From: Acidimicrobiia bacterium
GTDB taxonomy: Bacteria; Actinomycetota; Acidimicrobiia; Spongiisociales; UBA11373
Direction of reading: 5' to 3'
Assembly (NCBI GenBank): GCA_041551965.1
Contig: JBFELU010000001.1
Location: forward strand, 5,132 to 69,131
Length of the DNA stretch: 64,000 nt
Shown here: positions 59,981-64,000 of the stretch, in pieces
Position numbering within the stretch: the stretch's first letter is position 1
How the letters are laid out: every line of letters starts with the position of its first letter
Notes under the pieces: model-generated
The model's input: only the letters and a program-made list of their open reading frames with translations
Databases searched by the model: none
Told to the model about the DNA's origin: nothing
Position numbers and translations under genes: made by a program

Positions 59981-61114
59981 ATGTCATTCCCGGCCCCGGA
60001 ACCGGACCTCGCCGCCGCCCTCATCAGGGGACGCGGCGACGTGACCGGGCTGATGGAGGAGGCCCGGCGCCTCAGAGACGAGGGCAAGGGGCGGACCGTC
60101 ACCTACTCCCGCAAGGTCTTTGTACCGCTCACGACCTTGTGCCGGGATCGTTGTACGTATTGCACCTTTGCCCAACCGCCGGGGGCGGGGGGCGCGTTCC
60201 TCGAACCTGAAGACGTGGCGGCCATCGTCGGGGCCGGTGCGGCAACCGGCTGCACCGAAGCGCTGTTCACGCTGGGCGATCGTCCCGAGGACCGGTGGCC
60301 CGAAGCCCGCCGATTCCTCGAACGTCGCGGGTGTGCCACCACCCTCGAGTACGTGGCGCAGTGCTGTGAGCGTGTCGCCGCCGAGTCTCCGCTGTTTCCC
60401 CACGCCAACCCGGGGCTCATGGACGGGTCGGCGATCGAGCGGCTGCGTCGCAGCAACGTGTCGATGGGCTTGATGCTGGAGAACTCGTCGCCGCGGCTGA
60501 TGGAGCCGGGCATGCCCCATCACGACTGCCCCGACAAGGACCCCGCTCTCCGGATCGCCACCATCGGAGAAGCGGGCCGTCGTCGTGTCCCGTTCACCAC
60601 CGGCGTCCTGATCGGGATCGGCGAGACCGTGGAAGAGATCGTCGACAGCGTGTTCGAGATCGCCCGTCTCCATGCCGAAACGAGCGCCATCCAGGAGGTG
60701 ATCGACCAGAACTTCAAGGCGAAGGCCGACACCCGAATGCGCGGCTCGGCCGAGCCGACCGTCGCCTTCACCGCCCGGGTGGCGGCCGTTGCCCGCTGGA
60801 TTCTGGGGGCGACCATGAACGTGCAGGTCCCGCCGAACCTCACCGAGCGGTTCGAGGTCTATCTCGATGCCGGTGTCAACGATTGGGGGGGTGTGTCGCC
60901 GGTGACCATCGATTGGGTCAACCCCGAAGCACCGTGGCCCCACCTCGACGAATTGGAGCGACGCACGTCCGCCGCCGGATTCCAGCTCCGGCCCCGGCTG
61001 CCGGTGTATCCCGAGTACATCGAAGACGATTGGATCGACCCGGGCCTCCTCCCCAAGGTGCGTCGCGCCGTCGATGAGCATGGCTTCGTCGCAACGGAGG
61101 TGATCGCCGCATGA
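59981..61114 (+). CDS. cofG: FO (7,8-didemethyl-8-hydroxy-5-deazariboflavin) synthase subunit CofG
   Basis: It has the radical-SAM motif CRDRCTYCTF. Its size and sequence match CofG, the N-terminal half of FbiC. I set the start at ATG 59981. Confidence 0.87.
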   Translation: MSFPAPEPDLAAALIRGRGDVTGLMEEARRLRDEGKGRTVTYSRKVFVPLTTLCRDRCTYCTFAQPPGAGGAFLEPEDVAAIVGAGAATGCTEALFTLGDRPEDRWPEARRFLERRGCATTLEYVAQCCERVAAESPLFPHANPGLMDGSAIERLRRSNVSMGLMLENSSPRLMEPGMPHHDCPDKDPALRIATIGEAGRRRVPFTTGVLIGIGETVEEIVDSVFEIARLHAETSAIQEVIDQNFKAKADTRMRGSAEPTVAFTARVAAVARWILGATMNVQVPPNLTERFEVYLDAGVNDWGGVSPVTIDWVNPEAPWPHLDELERRTSAAGFQLRPRLPVYPEYIEDDWIDPGLLPKVRRAVDEHGFVATEVIAA

Positions 61115-62961
61115 TTACCTTCTGCCGGCTCAGGCCGGCCCACTCGGTGAGCGAACGGTGGGCGTCGGCTCGTCGCCGGCAGGGTACGACGGTGGTCGAG
61201 GTTTCCTCGGCCGAAGCGTCGGCCGGCGCCTTGGCCGGGGGGTTGCTGCCGCTCGGTCGGTCGGCCGGGATCGAAACCGCCGGCTGGGTCGTGTCCCCGG
61301 CCGAGGCCAGGGTCCTCCAGGATCGAGGCGAGGCCGGGTGGCGGGTCACCGTGATCCATGAGGACTCCACCGAAGCCGTGCTGGCTGCGTTGGTGAGCAC
61401 CGGCGCCGCCTTTCTCAGGACCCGGCGGAGCGCCGTCGCCGAAGCGGCCCGGCTGACCGCTTTGCCCGGAGTCGCGGCCACGGTGTCGGTGTTCGTCGAC
61501 GACGTGGATCAGGCCGTGGCGGCGGTCGGCGCGGGCGCCGGGGACCTCCTGCTCCGGGATTGGGACACGGAGCGGCTCGGCCAACTGCGCCAAGCGCTGG
61601 CCGGGGATCTGGTGGAGCGGACGGCCTTCCCGATCGGGATCTCCGTCGACGAAGCCCGGACGAGATTGGTGCCCGAGACGCTGGCCGCCTATCTGGGTCT
61701 GGTCGACGGATCGGGTGCCGTCCGTCCTCGCACGGCATGGGCTCCCGGCAAGGACGAGCCGGCTCCTTTCGCCGCCGGGAGGCTCTCGGCCGAGTGGGCC
61801 GATGCGGCATGGTCCCGTGGCGATTCTCGGGCCGGGCTCAGCGAGGTCGGCCCGGCCCTCCGGCTGATCCTGGAGCGGTCCCTCGACGGTCGGCCGCCGG
61901 CCCGGGACGACGTCGAGTTGCTGCTGCGATCCCGGGGCCGGGATGTCGAAGTCGTGGCCGCAGTGGCCGACGAGTTGCGCAGGAGGGCGGTCGGCGAATC
62001 CGTTTCGTACGTGGTCAACCGGAACATCAACTACACCAACCAGTGCTACTTCCGTTGTGGATTCTGTGCCTTCTCGAAGGGGCCTCGTTCCCTCAACCTG
62101 CGAGGTGATCCGTATCTCCTCGAGATCCATGAGGTGGCCTTTCGGGCGAAGGAGGCATGGGAGCGGGGAGCCACCGAGGTGTGCCTCCAGGGTGGGATCC
62201 ATCCGCAGTTCACCGGTGCCTTCTACGAGGAAGTGGTGACGGCGACCAAGACGGCGGCTCCCGGCATCCACGTTCATGGGTTCACTCCGCTCGAGGTGTG
62301 GCAGGGTGCCGAGACCCTGGGAATCTCCGTCGAGCAGTTCCTCGTCAGGCTTCGCAACGCCGGCCTGGGTACGTTGCCCGGGACCGCCGCAGAGATCCTC
62401 GATGACCGGATCCGGGCCCACCTGTGCCCGGACAAGATCAAGACGGCCCAGTGGGCCTACGTGATGGAGACCGCCCATCGGGTCGGGCTGCGGTCGACGG
62501 CCACGATCATGTTCGGCCACATCGACGACCCGGGTTCCTGGGCCAATCACTTCGAGGTGATCCGGTCGATCCAGCGGCGCACCGGCGGGTTCACGGAGTT
62601 CGTCCCGCTGCCGTTCGTCCACATGGCGGCCCCGATCTACCTGCAGGGTCGGGCCCGTCCCGGCCCGACGTGGGATGAGGTCGTGCTCATCCACGCCGTG
62701 GCCCGTCTCGCCTTCGACGGCTTGATCCCCAACATCCAGGGGTCGTGGGTCAAGCTCGGCCTGGCGGGTGCGGCGGCTCTGCTGGGGGCGGGCTGCAACG
62801 ACCTCGGGGGCACGCTCATGGACGAGAACATTTCTCGGGCCGCCGGTGCCGACCACGGCCAGGTGGTGGAGCCGGCCGATCTCGAGCGCACCATCCGCTC
62901 CGTGGGGAGGACCCCCGTCCGGAGGAACACCCTCTACGAGGCGCTGGAAACCATCGAGTGA
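61111..62961 (+). CDS. cofH: FO synthase subunit CofH with a roughly 245-aa N-terminal extension
   Basis: The radical-SAM motif CYFRCGFCAF lies at residues 312-319. The C-terminal 370 aa are CofH-like. The ATG overlaps the cofG stop (ATGA). Confidence 0.85.
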   Translation: MITFCRLRPAHSVSERWASARRRQGTTVVEVSSAEASAGALAGGLLPLGRSAGIETAGWVVSPAEARVLQDRGEAGWRVTVIHEDSTEAVLAALVSTGAAFLRTRRSAVAEAARLTALPGVAATVSVFVDDVDQAVAAVGAGAGDLLLRDWDTERLGQLRQALAGDLVERTAFPIGISVDEARTRLVPETLAAYLGLVDGSGAVRPRTAWAPGKDEPAPFAAGRLSAEWADAAWSRGDSRAGLSEVGPALRLILERSLDGRPPARDDVELLLRSRGRDVEVVAAVADELRRRAVGESVSYVVNRNINYTNQCYFRCGFCAFSKGPRSLNLRGDPYLLEIHEVAFRAKEAWERGATEVCLQGGIHPQFTGAFYEEVVTATKTAAPGIHVHGFTPLEVWQGAETLGISVEQFLVRLRNAGLGTLPGTAAEILDDRIRAHLCPDKIKTAQWAYVMETAHRVGLRSTATIMFGHIDDPGSWANHFEVIRSIQRRTGGFTEFVPLPFVHMAAPIYLQGRARPGPTWDEVVLIHAVARLAFDGLIPNIQGSWVKLGLAGAAALLGAGCNDLGGTLMDENISRAAGADHGQVVEPADLERTIRSVGRTPVRRNTLYEALETIE

Positions 62962-62962
62962 C

Positions 62963-64000
62963 TCAGCCCGGCGGCTGGACGGCGTCCACGTTCTCCAGGT
63001 CGGACACGCGGTACCGCATGGACACCTGGGTGGTTCCTCCGGGGTAGCCGGGGCCGACAAGCGCTGCCAGGTCGGCTGCTTCTCCCGTCAGCGAGATGTC
63101 GAGCTCGACGAGCCAGCCGGTGCCTTCGGAGATCCACACGTTGAAGACGTCCACGACGACATCGCCGGCCGACCCACCGAGTGCGGTCCCGAGATCGGCG
63201 GTGGTGCCCCGGTACCCCAGCGCGGGCACGCCGCCCACCTCGTGACGGGCCGGCGTGCCCTCGGTCACCCCGCCGAGTCCTGCTTCGAAGGGATCGATCG
63301 ACCAGAGCGGACAGAACGTGAGAAGGGTGCGGTCGAGCACGGCCGCACTCGGCGATTCGACATAGTCTCCCTGTCCGGTGGGGCGGCTCCAGACGCGGCC
63401 GTCGACGACGATGAATTCGCGATCGGCGGTCCCGTCGGGGCGATCGAGACGGACTCGACAGGAGACATCGCTGCCGTGGACGATCCCCTCGGCCGTGGTC
63501 GGCCACTGCGTCCCCTCGATGGTCACGACCTGCCGATGGTCGAATCGGTATCCGCTCGGCCCCACCCTGCTCGAGGGTTCTGGAGTGCGCTGGAGCAGCA
63601 CGTCGAGGATCCTCTGCTCGACCTCCTCGGCGAGGTACTGGGCGGGGACCCGGGCATCGATCGGTTCGGTGGCGATGTGGGAGGCGAATGCGACGATGCG
63701 ACCCATCGTGAAGGTCACAAGGGTTTCGTGGAGGACGCGGCCGTCCACCTCGATCTCGAGTACGAGCCCGATCGCATTGTCGCCGACGCCCTCGATCGGG
63801 TAGTCGTCGGCGGCGATCAGCGCGATGTCGGGTCGGTGGCTTCCGCCGAGTCGCTTGGTGATGTCGCCGGTGGTGTCGTTGAGCCAGTCCCGGGCTCCGC
63901 CGGCTTCCTCGAAGACGTCGATCCAGACGTACGAATCGTGATCCGGGCCGGAGTACCGGGCCCCGACACCGGTGATCCGGCCGCTCCGTTCGATGTCGTC
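62963..64000 (-). CDS. Hypothetical protein; the 5' end lies outside the window
   Basis: The frame stays open from the window edge down to the stop at 62963. The ORF-track start at 63748 is only the first in-frame GTG. The composition is coding-like, and no family was recognised. Confidence 0.5.
   Translation of the reverse strand, partial: DDIERSGRITGVGARYSGPDHDSYVWIDVFEEAGGARDWLNDTTGDITKRLGGSHRPDIALIAADDYPIEGVGDNAIGLVLEIEVDGRVLHETLVTFTMGRIVAFASHIATEPIDARVPAQYLAEEVEQRILDVLLQRTPEPSSRVGPSGYRFDHRQVVTIEGTQWPTTAEGIVHGSDVSCRVRLDRPDGTADREFIVVDGRVWSRPTGQGDYVESPSAAVLDRTLLTFCPLWSIDPFEAGLGGVTEGTPARHEVGGVPALGYRGTTADLGTALGGSAGDVVVDVFNVWISEGTGWLVELDISLTGEAADLAALVGPGYPGGTTQVSMRYRVSDLENVDAVQPPG

Noticed and set aside
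60859-63060. Very long antisense or alternative-frame ORFs (for example 733 aa at 60859-63060 -, 597 aa at 11134-12927 -, 603 aa at 21176-22987 -, 543 aa at 13265-14896 -).
   Set aside because: They lie entirely opposite or out of frame to genes with clear family motifs. Their translations are Arg/Pro/Gly-rich and of low complexity. This is the expected stop-codon-poor artefact of high-GC DNA.

Overview
This is a high-GC, densely coding chromosomal segment of actinobacterial type. The taxonomic call rests on several markers: a mycothiol/DinB-type enzyme, AdnAB, InhA-type FabI, F420 (FO synthase) genes, and core synteny like that of mycobacteria (rpmB / yloV-recG-rsmD-coaD ... yceD-rpmF-plsX-rnc-fpg-x-acyP-smc-ftsY ... 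ffh-rpsP-KH-rimM). I support about 66 protein-coding genes. Many start codons were re-derived by hand, because the longest ORF often over-extends in GC-rich DNA. Many neighbouring genes are translationally coupled through ATGA, GTGA or TGATG overlaps. I saw no rRNA, tRNA, CRISPR array, transposase or integrase.

The window is rich in DNA-end processing and repair genes:
- a four-gene nurA-herA-sbcD-sbcC operon with archaeal-style composition
- a Cas4-like nuclease followed by adnA-adnB
- recG, fpg, and an alkyltransferase-like (ATL) protein

The signal least explained by protein-coding genes is a pair of diverged, paralogous non-coding elements directly flanking a ferritin gene (about 27628-28000 and 28509-28886). 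Both are rich in tetraloops (GNRA/UUCG) when read on the + strand only. Copy A ends in a 9-bp helix that overlaps the ferritin Shine-Dalgarno sequence. I could not match either copy to any RNA family I know.

Other items worth a second look:
- a translationally coupled tandem GAPDH pair in which the upstream copy has Asn at the catalytic Cys position
- an ATL gene embedded in a nucleoside-salvage operon
- split cofG/cofH, with a roughly 245-aa N-terminal extension on CofH
- a UMF1-type MFS transporter with a roughly 160-aa soluble insertion
- an RCK-tandem-USP fusion
- a RecG with an apparent insertion in its wedge domain
- an unannotated FlgM-like mini-ORF

Everything here comes from reading the sequence and the supplied ORF translations. 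No database search was run.
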